Shown: positions 41,975 through 55,773, counted from the stretch's first letter. The stretch: 64,000 bases of DNA from Octopus sinensis (GCF_006345805.1 NC_043004.1:55862001-55926000), one strand, 5' to 3'. A program made the numbers and translations. Notes: a model not told the origin generated them from the sequence alone.

Positions 41975-42020
41975 AAAACTGTTACTCAGAGTTTCACGTT
42001 CCCGTTCGTCGGACAGTTTT
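41975..42020 (-). ncRNA. Minimal type I hammerhead variant (core CCGACGA)
   Basis: AAAACTGT-CCGACGA-ACG(GGAA)CGT-GAA-ACTC(T)GAGT-A-ACAGTTTT; 8-bp stem I, GUA site. Confidence 0.65.
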
Positions 42021-42083
42021 GGTTGAGAATATATATATATATATACACCTCCTTCTTTCTGTGTTTTTTTTTCTCTCTGTGTA

Positions 42084-42121
42084 TCTTTCTGTTGAAGAGC
42101 GTAGGCTCGAAACGTTAAAGA
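42084..42121 (+). ncRNA. Minimal hammerhead-like variant (core CTGTTGA)
   Basis: TCTTT-CTGTTGA-A-GAGC(GTAG)GCTC-GAAAC-GTT-AAAGA; degenerate relative at ~44470-44505. Confidence 0.5.
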
Positions 42122-42218
42122 CTTGTTTTATTTATATTTCCTGAGCGCCATACTAATACAATTGTTCATTTGTTTTCCACCTGCCTTCGTCCTTTGTCTA
42201 TCTTCATAAAGCTTCCCG

Positions 42219-42252
<34 letters not shown>

Positions 42253-42381
42253 TATAATTAAGGGCTAAAGAGGGTTATTCTAAAGCCAATACACTGATTT
42301 ATCCACTTATAATCCGCTTGCTACAGGAGAATTGAAACTGAAAACGGGCAACTAACCTTTAGAAAATTTAAATTCCGTTAT

Positions 42382-42443
42382 CTCTATATTGAATCAATTT
42401 CGGAATTAATCTTATAAAAAGATATATTCTTTCTTCAGTAGAG
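42382..42443 (-). ncRNA. Type I hammerhead in a (TA)-flanked Penelope-like fragment
   Basis: CTCTA-CTGAAGA-[extended stem II]-GAA-ATTGA(T)TCAAT-A-TAGAG; AUA site. Confidence 0.6.
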
Positions 42444-42669
42444 CTTTCGATGGGATATAAATAAAATACTCACGTATGATCATGGAAAAAGCACAAGCTA
42501 AAAACATAACTACACTTGAGTACATCATTTATATCTAAAAATAAATATTCTTTGGTCAGCTTCAGAAACAACGTCTTGACCTTTCGCTGCTACAAATTGT
42601 AATGGTTACCGGTCCTCCCGTAGCAAGCAGCGAGTTTACTACTAGCAATATAGGATGAAGTCCCTTTCT

Positions 42670-42749
<80 letters not shown>

Positions 42750-42765
42750 TATGTGTGTATATATA

Positions 42766-42796
<31 letters not shown>

Positions 42797-42905
42797 TCTC
42801 AACCAAAACTGTCCGACGAACGGGAACGTGAAACTCTGAGTAATGAATGTAAATTCCACCACAGATCTGTTTAGCTGGAAACTCTGAGTAACAGTATATA
42901 TACAA

Positions 42906-43814
42906 ACGAGGGGTACCCAAAAAGTATCCAGAAACGTTCTCTGTGGGGCAAACTCCTTGTAGTTCAGGTTTCCGTCGCAAGAAGTCACTTGATGCGACCC
43001 TCAGGCATCAGTCTGCCGACCGACGTTGTACAGTAGGGGCATAGCGCCAAGTGCTGCGTCTTTGTATTGTAGTGCTTCTCCTCTATTCGTCGATTTTTTT
43101 TACGATGGCTGAAACAAAAGAACAACGTGTTTCCGTGATATTCGGTTTTCTGCTGGAGAAAACGGCAGTTGAAACAGCTGTCATGCTTCAAACAGCTTAC
43201 AAGGACGCTGCCATGAGCAAAACACAAATTTGCAAGTGTTTTTTTTGCGCTTTAGGAATGGTCATTTGTCGCTTGAGGACCAATCTCGTTTATGGCGACC
43301 GTCGACCTCTCGAAAACATCGTGAAAATTCATGAACTAATCTTGGAGGACCGTCGCCGAACACTTAACGAACTTGTTGATATGGCTGATGTGTGCCTGGA
43401 GCTCATGCCAACAACTTTTGAGCGACGAATTGAATGACAAAAATGAAAAGAGTTGCAAGCAAAATTTGCGCTTCGCTTGCTCACAGAATATCAAAAGCAT
43501 TCACGACTGAATGCATGTCGGGAACTGAGAGAACAGTTGGAAATTGATCCGGACCTTTTTCCAAGGCAATCACTGATGATGAAAGCTGGTGCCACTGAAT
43601 TTGCAGACCTGGAAGAGGCGAAGAATAAAACGACGGGCGTAAAAAGGCATCACTTCGCAACAGTTCCAGCACTGCTTCGGACACTGGAAAACGCGTCTGG
43701 ATCGATGTACTGCTTCAAAGGGAGAATACTTTGAAGGCGATAAAAATAAGCATGTAAAACTAAGTGAAAAAATAATATTGCAAAATTCCGGTATCTTTTG
43801 GGTACCCCTTCGTA
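42906..43814 (+). mobile_element. Internally deleted mariner transposon
   Basis: TIRs cgaggggtacccaaaa…/…ttttgggtaccccttcg; HTH region EQRVSVIF…TAVET..MLQTAYKDAAMSKTQI. Confidence 0.88.
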
Positions 43815-43829
43815 TACATATATATATCA

Positions 43830-44074
43830 ACGTGATCGACCAGGCTATCATCGCTGGTCACAATGCGCTTCGCATTGTTTTAGCCTTCAAATGACGCCAC
43901 CCCACTGGCTAAGCGAGCAGGCCAACAGAAGAAAGAGTGAGAGAAAGTTGTAGCGAAAGAGTACAGCAGGGATCGCCACTATCCCCTGCCGGAGCCTCGT
44001 GGAGCTTCAGGAATCGAAACCGCGATCCTACGACCGTGAGTCCGCTGCCCTAACCACTGGGCCATTGCGCCTCC
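43830..44074 (-). mobile_element. tRNA-derived SINE family C
   Basis: Minus head ggaggcgcaatggcccagtggttagggcagcggactcacggtcgtaggatcgcggtttcgattcc. Confidence 0.75.
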
Positions 44075-44091
44075 ATATATATTATATATAT

Positions 44092-44193
<102 letters not shown>

Positions 44194-44271
44194 ATGTATG
44201 TATATTCTTTTACTCTTTTACTCGTTTCATTCATTTGACTACGGCCATGCTGGAACACTGCCTTTAATATC

Positions 44272-44272
44272 A

Positions 44273-44368
<96 letters not shown>
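44272..44368. repeat. (ATCT)n
   Basis: Direct reading. Confidence 0.95.
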
Positions 44369-44370
<2 letters not shown>

Positions 44371-44589
44371 ATACGCACATACAATTTCATCATGTTAAAC
44401 CGTTAATCCCTATACATTTTTTCTTTCTCGTTTTTTTTCGTTGTCTTTCTATTTTTGCCTCTCAATCCTATCTGTCAAAGAGCGTTGGCTCGAAACATCA
44501 AAGACTTTTTCATTCTTCCCAAGCGTCAGACTAATACACCTGTTTGTTATTCTTTCACCTGTCTTCGTGTTTTGTTTTTAATAAATTTG

Positions 44590-44675
<86 letters not shown>

Positions 44676-44849
44676 CAGTCTCCTTTCAGTTGCCATCTCG
44701 GGGCTATAGTGGAAGATACCAGCCTAGGGTGCCACGCAGTGGGACTGAACTCAAGTCCACATGCTTGGGAAGCAATCTACAGATCCCAAAGCGGGTGAAA
44801 CTTAACCAACATTCAATCGCAAATCCCACACTTATTGCTTTTTATATGA

Positions 44850-45758
44850 CTAGCAGTATCGCCCGGCGTTACTCGGGTTTGTAAGGGAAATAACTATAAA
44901 GCATTTTTAGAGAGTTATAGCCAAAAAATAGCAAAAAATGCATTAAAAATGGAAAAAATATGATGGTAAATTTTTTTTTAAATCGTTGACTCATCGTAGA
45001 CATTTTTAGAGAGTTACTTCCCTTATATTAAAAAAATATGCATTAAAATGGAAAAAATGAGGGTAAATTATTTTAAAAATCGTAGTCTCATCGTAGACGC
45101 ACGCTAATACCCAGAAGCGCTTGATATGAATCACGACTATAAGATACCCGATTTTGGTTAAACTGCACCGCAAAATGTGGGAGTAGTTAGGAATCTAAAT
45201 CGGAGTAGACAGACACACAACTTCACTTTTATATATAAAGACTAGCAGTATCGCCCGGCGTTGCTCGGGTTTGTAAGGGAAATAACTATATAAGCATTTT
45301 TAGAGAGTTACTTCCCTTATAGATGCCAATTCCGGCTTTCTTAGCCATTTCTGTTTTGGTGTCTTCAAGCCATGAAGTCGTTGTTCTAAAAGAACGCTGG
45401 TCTCCTTGACAATGCATTACGACGTTGATTTCTTTAAACTCCCTTCCCCACAGCTTCACGAGGGAGGGAAGAAGGGGGAGAAGCAAACACAGGTGCAGGT
45501 GTTTGAGCGTGGGCGCCAACTCCGCCGCCATCGACACACGAAAAATTATGCATTAAAATGGAATAAAAAATGATGTTAAATTATTTTTAAAATTGTAGAC
45601 TCATCGTAGACGCGCGCTAATACTCAGACGGGCTCGATATGAATAACGACTATAAGATACCCGAATTTGGTTAAACTGCACCGCGAAATGTGGGAGTAGT
45701 TAGGAATCTAAATCGAAGGGGACAGACACTCACACAACTACAGTTTTATATATATAGA
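44850..45758 (-). mobile_element. Two head-to-tail non-autonomous Helitrons (44850-45241, 45242-45758)
   Basis: Each minus-strand unit starts TC and ends in hairpin cccgag(c/t)aacgccggg plus CTAG; inserted between A and T, no TSD. Confidence 0.8.
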
Positions 45759-46504
45759 TATATAATAATTGTAATTCTAAAAGAGAGTATCGAGTGAGTT
45801 ATAATAATTGACTTGTCTCATATATACTCATGATATATATTGTATCTACCCGAGAGATAACAAATCTGTCGTCACTATTTGGATCTTAGGTGCCTTTTGA
45901 AGAGTCCAGTAGGACGTATTCATTCGAGCCAGGTCTCCAGTTGGAGACTACCATCCTCCCTCTTTCCTACAAGTGTTTGAAGTTCTGTGGTAGTTAATGA
46001 GCACAACTCTTCCTTCTTGACAAAGAGATTAAGAGAAAAAGAAAAAAATGTAAAATTAATTGCATCTAGATTTGAAATCGGAAGATTGCATTTTTAAAAT
46101 TATGACAATGGAATCAAACCGATGCACTCCACTTATGTTGAACGCCTCAGCTACTGGTTTATGAATAGTATTATAAAAACCAGTTTTTTTCTTTCATGTA
46201 TATTAGTATATATTGAAGTATTGTGTATTCGCAAAGAAGTTGAATTCTAAGCTGTCATATAGCTAAAGGGGACAAGAAAGTGTTCTGTCTCGTGCAGTAT
46301 TAATTTATTTTGGCTGAGATAATTTTGATAATTTTATGTTAGGTTTTTGGTGGGGAGGAGGCGGTAAGGTTAAAGACATTTTCTTGCGTGACTGATATTA
46401 ACTCCTTACCTGTCGGAAGCATTTTCATCAGTTTATCCTAAACGTCCATGCTTATTTTCAGACTTTTAGATAACCCTTGTTTTATACGTTCTGAATAATA
46501 TTGG

Positions 46505-47008
46505 TTTCGAATTTTGGCACAAGGTCAGAAAGTTCACGGGGAGGGGCTAAGTCGATTACATCGGCCCTAGTGCTCAACTGGTACTTATTTTATGGACCCT
46601 GATAGGATGAAAGGCAAAGTCGACCTCGACAATATTGGAACTCAGGATGTAGCCTTCGGACGAAATGCCGTTAATCATTTTGCCCGGTGTAAATCCTTAA
46701 ATCCTTAAAAATGTTTTAGCCCGAAGGCCGCGGCCATGCTGGGGCACCACCGCTGAAACTGTGGTTATGATTCTTATTTCTTTATTGCCCACAAGGGGCT
46801 AAATAGAGAGGGGACAAACAAGGACAGAAAGAGAGGTTAAGTCGATTACATTAACCCCAGTGCCTAACTGGTACTTAATTTTTATCGACCCCGAAAGAAT
46901 GAACAGCAAAGTCGACCTCGGCGGAATTTGAACCCTGAACGGAGCGGCAGACGAAATACTGCTAAGCATTTCGCCCGGCGCGCTAACGTTTCTGCCAGCT
47001 CGCCGCCT
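46505..47008 (-). mobile_element. Two SINE family B copies
   Basis: Shared aaagtcgacctcg…gaatttgaac and gccagctcgccgcc ends. Confidence 0.8.
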
Positions 47009-47666
47009 TACGCTCTGAGTGATATCAAGCACTCCATTAATAAGTTGCAAGTTACTCTAAGGGTGGAAGAAAATTGGAAATGTGATGAATAGACGCCAAG
47101 GAAATGTGTCCTGCGCATCACATGTGATACACAGGACAGTTAATTATTTGCAATGCACAGATTTTTGTAACAAATAAAATTTCGATTTCCCTTATCTCAA
47201 TCCTGTCATACAATACCGTTCTGTTCATTTAATAATTTGACACAGTTCCAAGAGACCTATTTACAAGAACTGGGTTGCTTCACCGACTGAATTAGCATTC
47301 GTCTTTCTTAATCTATTTGAATCATGCACGATCTTCCAGACCAGCTAAAAATCGTCACACAGAACCCGACATTACTGATATCTCAAACGTCTCAATTCAG
47401 CTGTCGTTTCTTAAAGGTGAAAATAAACATCCTTACCAATCTCACTAACCTCTGATTCCTGTCATCAGAAATATCCAGCTCCTGGGCATATCCAATTTGT
47501 CTACTTGCCTGTCATCCAATTGGTAATGTTTCTTTTTTTTCTTTTTAACTCAGTTGTCAAGAATGGAAAAAGATAAAACAAAGTTTCTCGAAGGTCCTGA
47601 CCTTGAAGAATCTTAATTTTGTCTTTCTCGAATAGAGTAAAAAACAGTATACATATATATATATAC

Positions 47667-47718
<52 letters not shown>

Positions 47719-47782
47719 TATATATAATATATATATACATATAATATATATACATATATGGTGTGTGTGTGTGTATGTGTAT

Positions 47783-47854
<72 letters not shown>

Positions 47855-48285
47855 AGAATTGAAAACGAATAATTTTTACCAACAGGATGACAGACGAATT
47901 GAGACAGATTAGATTCATTCATTCTCTGTAGAATATTTATGACGGTGATGATGACGGGAACCAGTAGCTTGCAAGCCTGGTAAGAATATTTTACACACAC
48001 ACACAAATTCTGATTTTATAGAGAATTCTTATTGTCTTCATCGAGCATGCACACTTACGTGGTAGGAATTTATTCAGATTTTCAAGGAGTTTTGGCGACT
48101 GATAGTACAAGACACGTTCCACATGCGAAGAGGTTGCCAGTTCGTCGCAGTGTTAAACTCTAGCTGCTGCTTAAACTCATCTTCAGCTCATGAGCTGAAC
48201 AGCATGAAATGAACTGCCTTACTGAAAGACACAAAGCCCGCTTTGAAGGTCGAGTTCACGACTTACTGAGTGTAAGCCCAATACC

Positions 48286-48884
48286 TATTTCTTTACTACC
48301 CACAAGGGGCTAAACACAGAGAGGACAAACAAGGACAGACAAATGGATTAAGTCGATTATATCGACCCTAGTGCGTAACTGGTACTTATTTAATCGACCC
48401 CGAAAGGATGAAAGGCAAAGTCGACCTCGGCGGAATTTGAACCCAAAACGTAACGGCAGACGAAATAGCTATTTCTTTACTACCCACAAGGGGCTAAACA
48501 CAGAGAGGACAAACAAGGACAGACAAACGGATTAAGTCGATTACATCGACTCCAGAGCATAACTGGTACTTATTTAATCGACCCCGAAAGGATGAAAAGC
48601 AAAGTCGACCTCGGCGGAATTTGAACCCAAAACGTAGCGGCAGACGAAATAGCTATTTCTTTACTACCCACAAGGGGCTAAACACAGAGAGGACAAACAA
48701 GGACAGACAAACGGATTAAGTCGATTATATCGACCCCAGTGCGTAACTGGTACTTATTTAATCGACCCCGAAAGGATGAAAGGCAAAGTCGACCTCGGCT
48801 GAATTTGAACTCAGAACGTAGAGGCAGACGAAATACAGCTAAGCATTTCACCCGGCGTGCTAACGATTCTGCCAGCTCGCCGCC
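48286..48884 (-). mobile_element. SINE family B with 184-bp body triplicated, 15-bp TSD
   Basis: Units start at 48286, 48470, 48654; tgtaagcccaatacc at 48271 and 48885. Confidence 0.9.
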
Positions 48885-48905
48885 TGTAAGCCCAATACCC
48901 TAACC

Positions 48906-49106
48906 CAGTGCTTTTCAAACTTTTTGCTGGAGCGGAACCCCAAGGAAACATTCCACTGGCTCGAGGAACCCCTGTGCAATAATTTAATAGTCTTATGCAC
49001 ACATATCTGCACAGGAGAATTAAAAATTACTGCCGATTTTAGTAGTTTTGTAACTTCTTGCGGAACCCCTGGACTGTACTGGCGGAACCCTCGTTGAAAA
49101 CCACTG
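48906..49106. mobile_element. hAT-type MITE
   Basis: TIR cagtgcttttcaa / ttgaaaaccactg; imperfect 8-bp TSD ccctaacc/ctctaatc. Confidence 0.75.
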
Positions 49107-50069
49107 CTCTAATCACAGAGTAACGCGCTTGCACATTTTGTATAGAATGGTTTATAAAATAATTGATACTGATTAATTTTTATATATACTCGAGATGAGT
49201 TGTTGTTCGCAGGACTCAAGCCCCTGGACTCACGCTCTATGACAGTTTAGTGACATCCACCCCATCTTTGTAGAATAATATAGGATTATATTATCCAATA
49301 CATCTATTCCTTATTTAAGACAGTGTGATATAAAAAAGATTTAATAGAAAGAAATTTTTCTAGCTAGATGTTCGACAGCAGAGCCTCTCACAATGGCTTG
49401 CATGCTCTTTGGCTCTCAACCTATTAATCCACTACCCAGAACAGAAACTTATTTTTGCAATAGGTTTGACTTTTCCGCAGTGATCCAAGGATGAACATTG
49501 AAATTGAAGGATTGCTGATATAAACGTAATACTAGACTTCGAATACTAAAGCAGTGATTCTACGTATGTAATATCGAACGACAATTTTTATATACTACTT
49601 AACGTGGGTATATTATTAGAACGCCGGATGCTGCTGTATTCGCCTTGAGATATCCTCTCATAAAGGCATACATCGCTATGAAAATAGCAATATATCATAG
49701 CAAACGACAATCATCTGGCATGGGAACCAGACCTGCCAGATCACGTGATATCAGCGTAATGCGCTTCCTCAGTGACAGACGTCCTGTTGCTGCATATCAG
49801 ACAAATATCACTATAAACGATATATAGAGTAACAGTGATTTTCACGTCCACTTTACGGAGGACATAAAGATTGTTCTTCGGTATTAATACTTCTTTCTTT
49901 GCTAATATTTATTTATGTAATATCATCTTGGCGAACGTGTGAACTACCGCCTTTATGGGATTAGTGCCAAAATCTTGCCCACATAGTGAGCGAGTACAAA
50001 ATACTAGAATGTAAAATAGGTATCACAATGACTGTCTGTACTTTCACTGGTCACTGTGGAGAAGTGTTT

Positions 50070-50670
50070 TACTGGTACTAAATTTATCAACTTCGAAAGG
50101 ATGAAAAGCAAAGTCGACCTCGGCGGAATTTGAACTCAGAACGTAGCGACGAGCGAAATACTGCTAAATATTTCGTCCAGCGTGCTGACGATTCTGCCAG
50201 CTTGCCGCCTTATTATGACAACAACAACAACAATGATAGGCACAAGGCCTGAAATTTTGGGGGAGGGGACTAGTTGATTACATCGACCCCAGAATTTCAC
50301 TGGTATTTCATTTATCGACCCCGAAACGATGAAAAACAGACTCGACCTCAGTGGAATTCGAACTCAGAACGTAAAAAACGGACTAAATGCCGCTAAGCAT
50401 TTTACTCGGCGTGATAACGATTCTGACTAGTTGCCACCTTTAAATTGTTTACTAATTTTGACACAAGGCCAGCAATTTCAAGGAAAAGGGTATGTCGATT
50501 GCATCGACCCAAGTACTTGACTGGTAACTGGCATTTTACGTTATAAACTCTGAGAGGGTGAAAAGCAAATGCAACCATGGCGGAATTTGAACTCAGAATG
50601 TAAAGAACCGAAAGAAAATCTGCTAAACATTTTGTCCGGAGTGCTTAACGATATTGCTAGCTCGTCGCCT
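50070..50670 (-). mobile_element. Cluster of three SINE family B copies
   Basis: Repeated ggaatttgaactcagaacgta…gccagct.gccgcc. Confidence 0.8.
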
Positions 50671-51634
50671 CAGCAACACCAGCGACGACGGCGGTGATGA
50701 TTTTTCGGCATCGGCTCAGCGTCACAGATTTTGAGAGAAGTATTTTGTTATTTAAATTAATCTGAATACTTCAGCAACACTTATGTCCTCAGAACCGTAA
50801 CTAAATACTTTAAGGCGTTTTGTTTTTACGTTCGATCTATTTTTGCCATTGAAACGTCTTTACTCGAGATTTTCCCAGAGGTAAACGTTATTAGAATATT
50901 CCAGTTCTCAATTTATATAGCTTTCTTAAAAGGTAAAAATCTCCCACAACACGCTCAATAAATTACAAACTTTCTGATCCATATGTAAAATCTCAACCAG
51001 CTCTTCAAATTTATCACCGAAATAATTATATCATCCATGAAACATACCAAATGCCACTAAGATGCAAATGATTTATATCTTACCTTAACGTTTCATAACA
51101 TTCAACATTTATAACTGCGCAAATCTCATTTTCCGCTCTCCAAGTAATCCAACCACCTTGTTTTTATATCATTATCGTACTAATAATCACATTTTAAAAT
51201 CCTATCTTTGATTCAGATAAACAAAATTTTGTTTTCTGTGAAAACTCTTTTGACATAATCTCTTTATCACCCGTTCATGGTATAATGTCGAGGGTAGAAG
51301 CTTCTCTTGTTGTTGCTGTCAATGTAACTTATAATAGAATTACACAAAAGATTCCAGTAGAACATAGCAATTTGTTATTACGACCAGGCTTTCAACAGTT
51401 TTACATACGACAGAGCCGGTTCGTAATAAATGCTGCATTTAGATGAAATAAATCTTTATTTACTGGCAAATAAACCATTAATTGTGTGAGCGCTGTAAAA
51501 TAAGATGTGTAGCGAGTTAGTAAAGCTCAGAGCAGGTCGAGATTTTGAGGTTTTCCTGTTGAGTCATCCCTATTTGAATTCGCGGCATTTCTCGAACTCA
51601 AATACGATTCCTGACTGAAGTCAATCACTTTGAA

Positions 51635-51781
51635 CAGTGGTTCCCAAATTGTGGTCCGCAAAGGTAGTCCTGGGGGTCCCTGAATATGTTAAGCTGACAG
51701 ACCTTTCAATATCCTTGGGACCGTGGGAAAACTCATTTAAATAAAAAGGGTACTTGGTAGTGTAAAAGTTGGGAACCGTTG
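51635..51781. mobile_element. hAT-type MITE
   Basis: TIR cagtggttcccaa / ttgggaaccgttg; TSD actttgaa/acttagaa. Confidence 0.7.
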
Positions 51782-52159
51782 ACTTAGAAGAATGTTTTCT
51801 TGATATGCTCGAAGTAACAGCCAGATCTCTCTAAAACGACCCCTACATCAAAAAGAAAAGAAACATTACTTTGATAAAGTAGTGCAAGGCAGCGAGCTGG
51901 CAGAATCATTAGCACGTGGGGCAAAATGCTTAAAGGTAGTTATTCGTCTTTACACTGAGGTTGACTATACTTTTCATCCTTTAGGGATGGACCATAAAAT
52001 AAACACTAGTTGAACACTGGGGCCGATGTTATCGATTTGCCCTCTCTTTTACAATTGATGGCCTTGCGCCAATATTTGAAACCAATATTTTGAAAAAGTA
52101 GGACGGCGAGATGGCAGAATCGTTAGGGCACCGGGCAAAATGTTTACTCATTTACTTAC

Positions 52160-52545
52160 TCTCTTTTACTCTCTTTTACTTGTTTCAGTCATTTGACTGT
52201 GGACATGCTGGAGCACCGCCTTTATTCGAGCAAATCAACCCCAGGACTTATTCTTTGTAAGCCTAGTACTTATTCTATCGGTGTCTTTTGCTGAACCGCT
52301 ATGTTACAGGGACACAAACACACCAGCATCGGTTGTCAAGCGATGTTGGGGGACACACAAACACACACACACACACATATATAGATATATACTACAGGCT
52401 TCTTTCAGTTTCCGTCTACCAAATCCAATCACAAGGCTTTGGTCGGATTGAGGCTATAGTAGAAGACACTTGCCCAAGGTGTCACACACTGGGACTGAAC
52501 CCGGAAATATGTGGTTGGTAAGCAAGCTACTTACCACACAGCCAT
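52160..52545 (-). mobile_element. SINE family A
   Basis: Reverse copy. Confidence 0.85.
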
Positions 52546-52780
52546 TCTTACTCCTACTTGTTTTAATCATTTGATTGCGGCCGTGCTGGAGCACAGCCAT
52601 AAAGGCTTTTAGTGGAAGTAATCGACCTCAGCATTTATTCTTTGTAAGCTTAGTACTTGTTCTATCGGTCTTTTATCGAACTGCTAGCTTACACGGACGT
52701 AAACCCTAACATAGATTGTTAAGCGATGCTGGAGGGACAAACACAGACATAAAGACACTCTTAAATGCATACATACACAC

Positions 52781-52811
<31 letters not shown>

Positions 52812-52851
52812 CATAATACATACATACATACATGCATACATACATACATAT

Positions 52852-52921
<70 letters not shown>

Positions 52922-52928
<7 letters not shown>

Positions 52929-53969
52929 CGTTGGCAACTAAGTTCCTGCTGTTTTTTTACATTTTGGAATTTATTGCTTTTTAAATTTTGTAATCTATTT
53001 TGTTTTTTTTTCTAGTTAATTTTAGTTAATTTTTGTATATTTTCAGATCATTAAAATGGAATGTCAAGTTGAGAAAAAACGAGCATTTTCGACTCCTCCT
53101 TTTTACATTTAATCAAGGTTCTAAGGCCGCAAAAGCTGCTCGCGACATTTGACATTTTTGCTGTGTATGGAGTGGTTGCCATAGCTGAAAGAACCGTTCG
53201 TGATTGGTATGCCAGGTTCAGAAATGGAAATTTTGACCTCAAAGACGCACCTCGTTCTCGCTGTCCAGTTGAGTTCGATGGAAAGCGATTAAACCAACTT
53301 TTGCAGGAAAATTCTCGTCAAACGACAAGGGAACTGGCTGAGAAAATAGAATGCTCCCACACTGCTATAGAGAAGCATCTTCACTCGATGGAAAAGGTTC
53401 AGAAGTATGGAGCATGAGTTCTGCATGCTTTAAGGGACAACAGCAAAAATCAACGAGCCACAATCTCTGCTGATTTGCTTGCTGGACACTCTCAACTCTT
53501 GGACATAAGCAACGATTTCTTTACCGAATCGTTACTGGCGACGAAAAATGGTGCCTGTACATCAATATGAAGCTGTGTAAGGAATGGCTTAGCCCCGGTA
53601 AACAAGCGACACCGCGCGTGAAACAAGATCTTCATCGGCGTAAAGCGATGTTGTGCGTATGGTGGGACTGGGAAGGGATTATCCATTACAAATTGCTTGA
53701 ACGGAACCAAACGGTCAACGCGGAACATGCTATGCGCGGAGTTTCGTTCAATGCTGATGCAGAATTGAGAGCTTGGTTGGATCAATTTTTCGAGTCGAAA
53801 TCGGGCGATTTCTACCAACGAGGTATTGAAAATTTTGTTGAATGTTAGAGAGAAGTTGTAAACAAGAAGGGTGAAGGCATTATTGATTTTTTAGTTGTTA
53901 TTTTTTATTAAATCTTTAAAAAAATTTTAATTTAAAACAACGGCGGGAACTTAGTTGCCAACCAATATA
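52922..53969 (+). mobile_element. Mariner (Mos1-like) transposon relic with internal deletion
   Basis: TIRs ttggcaactaagttcc / ggaacttagttgccaa; ERTVRDWYARFRNGNFDLKD, RIVTGDEKW, KAMLCVWWD; region of the second and third catalytic Asp deleted. Confidence 0.92.
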
Positions 53970-54064
53970 AGTAACGCCTTTTTGTATTTGAGTTTTCTAG
54001 CTTCTAATCGAATTTCTTTTTTATTTCCTAAAACTGCGATTTTTCTCATTAGTTTGTTATTCGT

Positions 54065-54480
54065 TTACTCTTTACTCTTTACTCTTTTATTTGTTTCAGT
54101 CATTTGACTGCGGCCATGCTGGAGCACCGCCTTTAGTCGAGCAAATCGACCTCGGGACTTATTCTTTGTAAGCCCAGTACTTATTCTATCGGTCTCTTTT
54201 GCCGAACCGCTAAGTTACGGGGACGTAAGCACACCAGCATCGGTTGTCAAGCAATGCTAGGGGGACAAACACAGACACGCAAACACACACGCACACACAC
54301 ATATATATATACATATATACGACAGGCTTCTTTCAGTTTCCATCTACCAAATCCACTCACAAGGCATTGGTCGGCCCGGGGCTATAGCAGAAGACACTTG
54401 CCCAAGATGCCACGCAGTGGGACTGAACCCGGAACCATGTGGTTGGTTAGCAAGCTACTTACCACACAGCCACTCCTGCG
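54065..54480 (-). mobile_element. SINE family A, young
   Basis: Full-length reverse copy. Confidence 0.9.
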
Positions 54481-54975
54481 TTTCTTTAAGTAATACAATA
54501 AATTTGCGTTCAATAAAAAAATTACTTAATAAAAGTTATTACATGCAAAGAGGGCGTTACTTCTGTCACTCCCTGTATATGTATATACCACGGGCTTCTA
54601 TCAGTTTCCTTCTATCAAATATGATTACAAGACTTTTGTCCACTCGAGGCGATTGTAGAAGACAACTAAGGTGTCATGCAGTGGAACTGAACCTGGAAAA
54701 ATGTGGTTGGGAAGCAAGTCTCTTACCACACAGCCACGCCGCGCGGCATTTCGTCCGTCTTTACGTTCTTTGTTCAAATTTCACCGAGCTTGACTTTGCC
54801 TTTTATCCTTTCGGAGTCGATAAAATAAGTACCAGTTTAGCACTGGGGCCGATGTTAATGACATACCCCTCCCTTACAATTGCTGGACTTGTGCCAAAAT
54901 TTGAAACCGTTATTTTTATAAATTAGTTCTTGGAATATCCGGAAAACGAGATAATTATGGCGGGAGCGATGCCTT

Positions 54976-55096
<121 letters not shown>

Positions 55097-55558
55097 ATAT
55101 TGCAGACCCAGGTCAGCTGTGCTTGAGCAAACCTAGATTTATGGACATTCCGGCCACATCTATCTATAGCTTTTGCACCAAATTTAGAAACAATTATAAG
55201 ATAAGACAATTATGAGAGGTAAAGGAACATAGTGGATTCACGAAGAAGCAAAAGGAGCAATTTTTCAGAGCGTCTTGCTACCCCCCGCCCCCGCAAAAAA
55301 AAAACAAAAACAAAAAGCAATTGAAGATTGTAAATTTCCTTTGGTATGACATTGATGTTTTGAATTATCATATCTAGGCTAAAAATCCCACATCCTTCAC
55401 AATTTTTGACACTATTTGTTTTTTTCCTTTTGTTTCTTTTCAGATTATTTTTTCACACAAAGAACTCAGAATGTTTTAGGATATTGAACTATCTGGAGCT
55501 CAGAAGAGAGGAGTTTCCAAATAAAAGAATGGCAAAAATTGCAACTGTATTGGTTGTG

Positions 55559-55677
55559 CAATATTTACATTATTTACATTCAAGGGATATTTTTCCTCAT
55601 CTTGTTTGTTGTTAACACAACGTTTCGACTGATATACCCTCCAGCCTTCCTCAGGTGTCTTGGGGGAAATTTCGAAC

Positions 55678-55710
<33 letters not shown>

Positions 55711-55736
55711 ACAATAATAATATAATAATAATAATA

Positions 55737-55773
<37 letters not shown>

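Noticed and set aside
44005-44074. tRNA gene
   Set aside because: tRNA-like SINE head without a complete acceptor stem, fused to a SINE body
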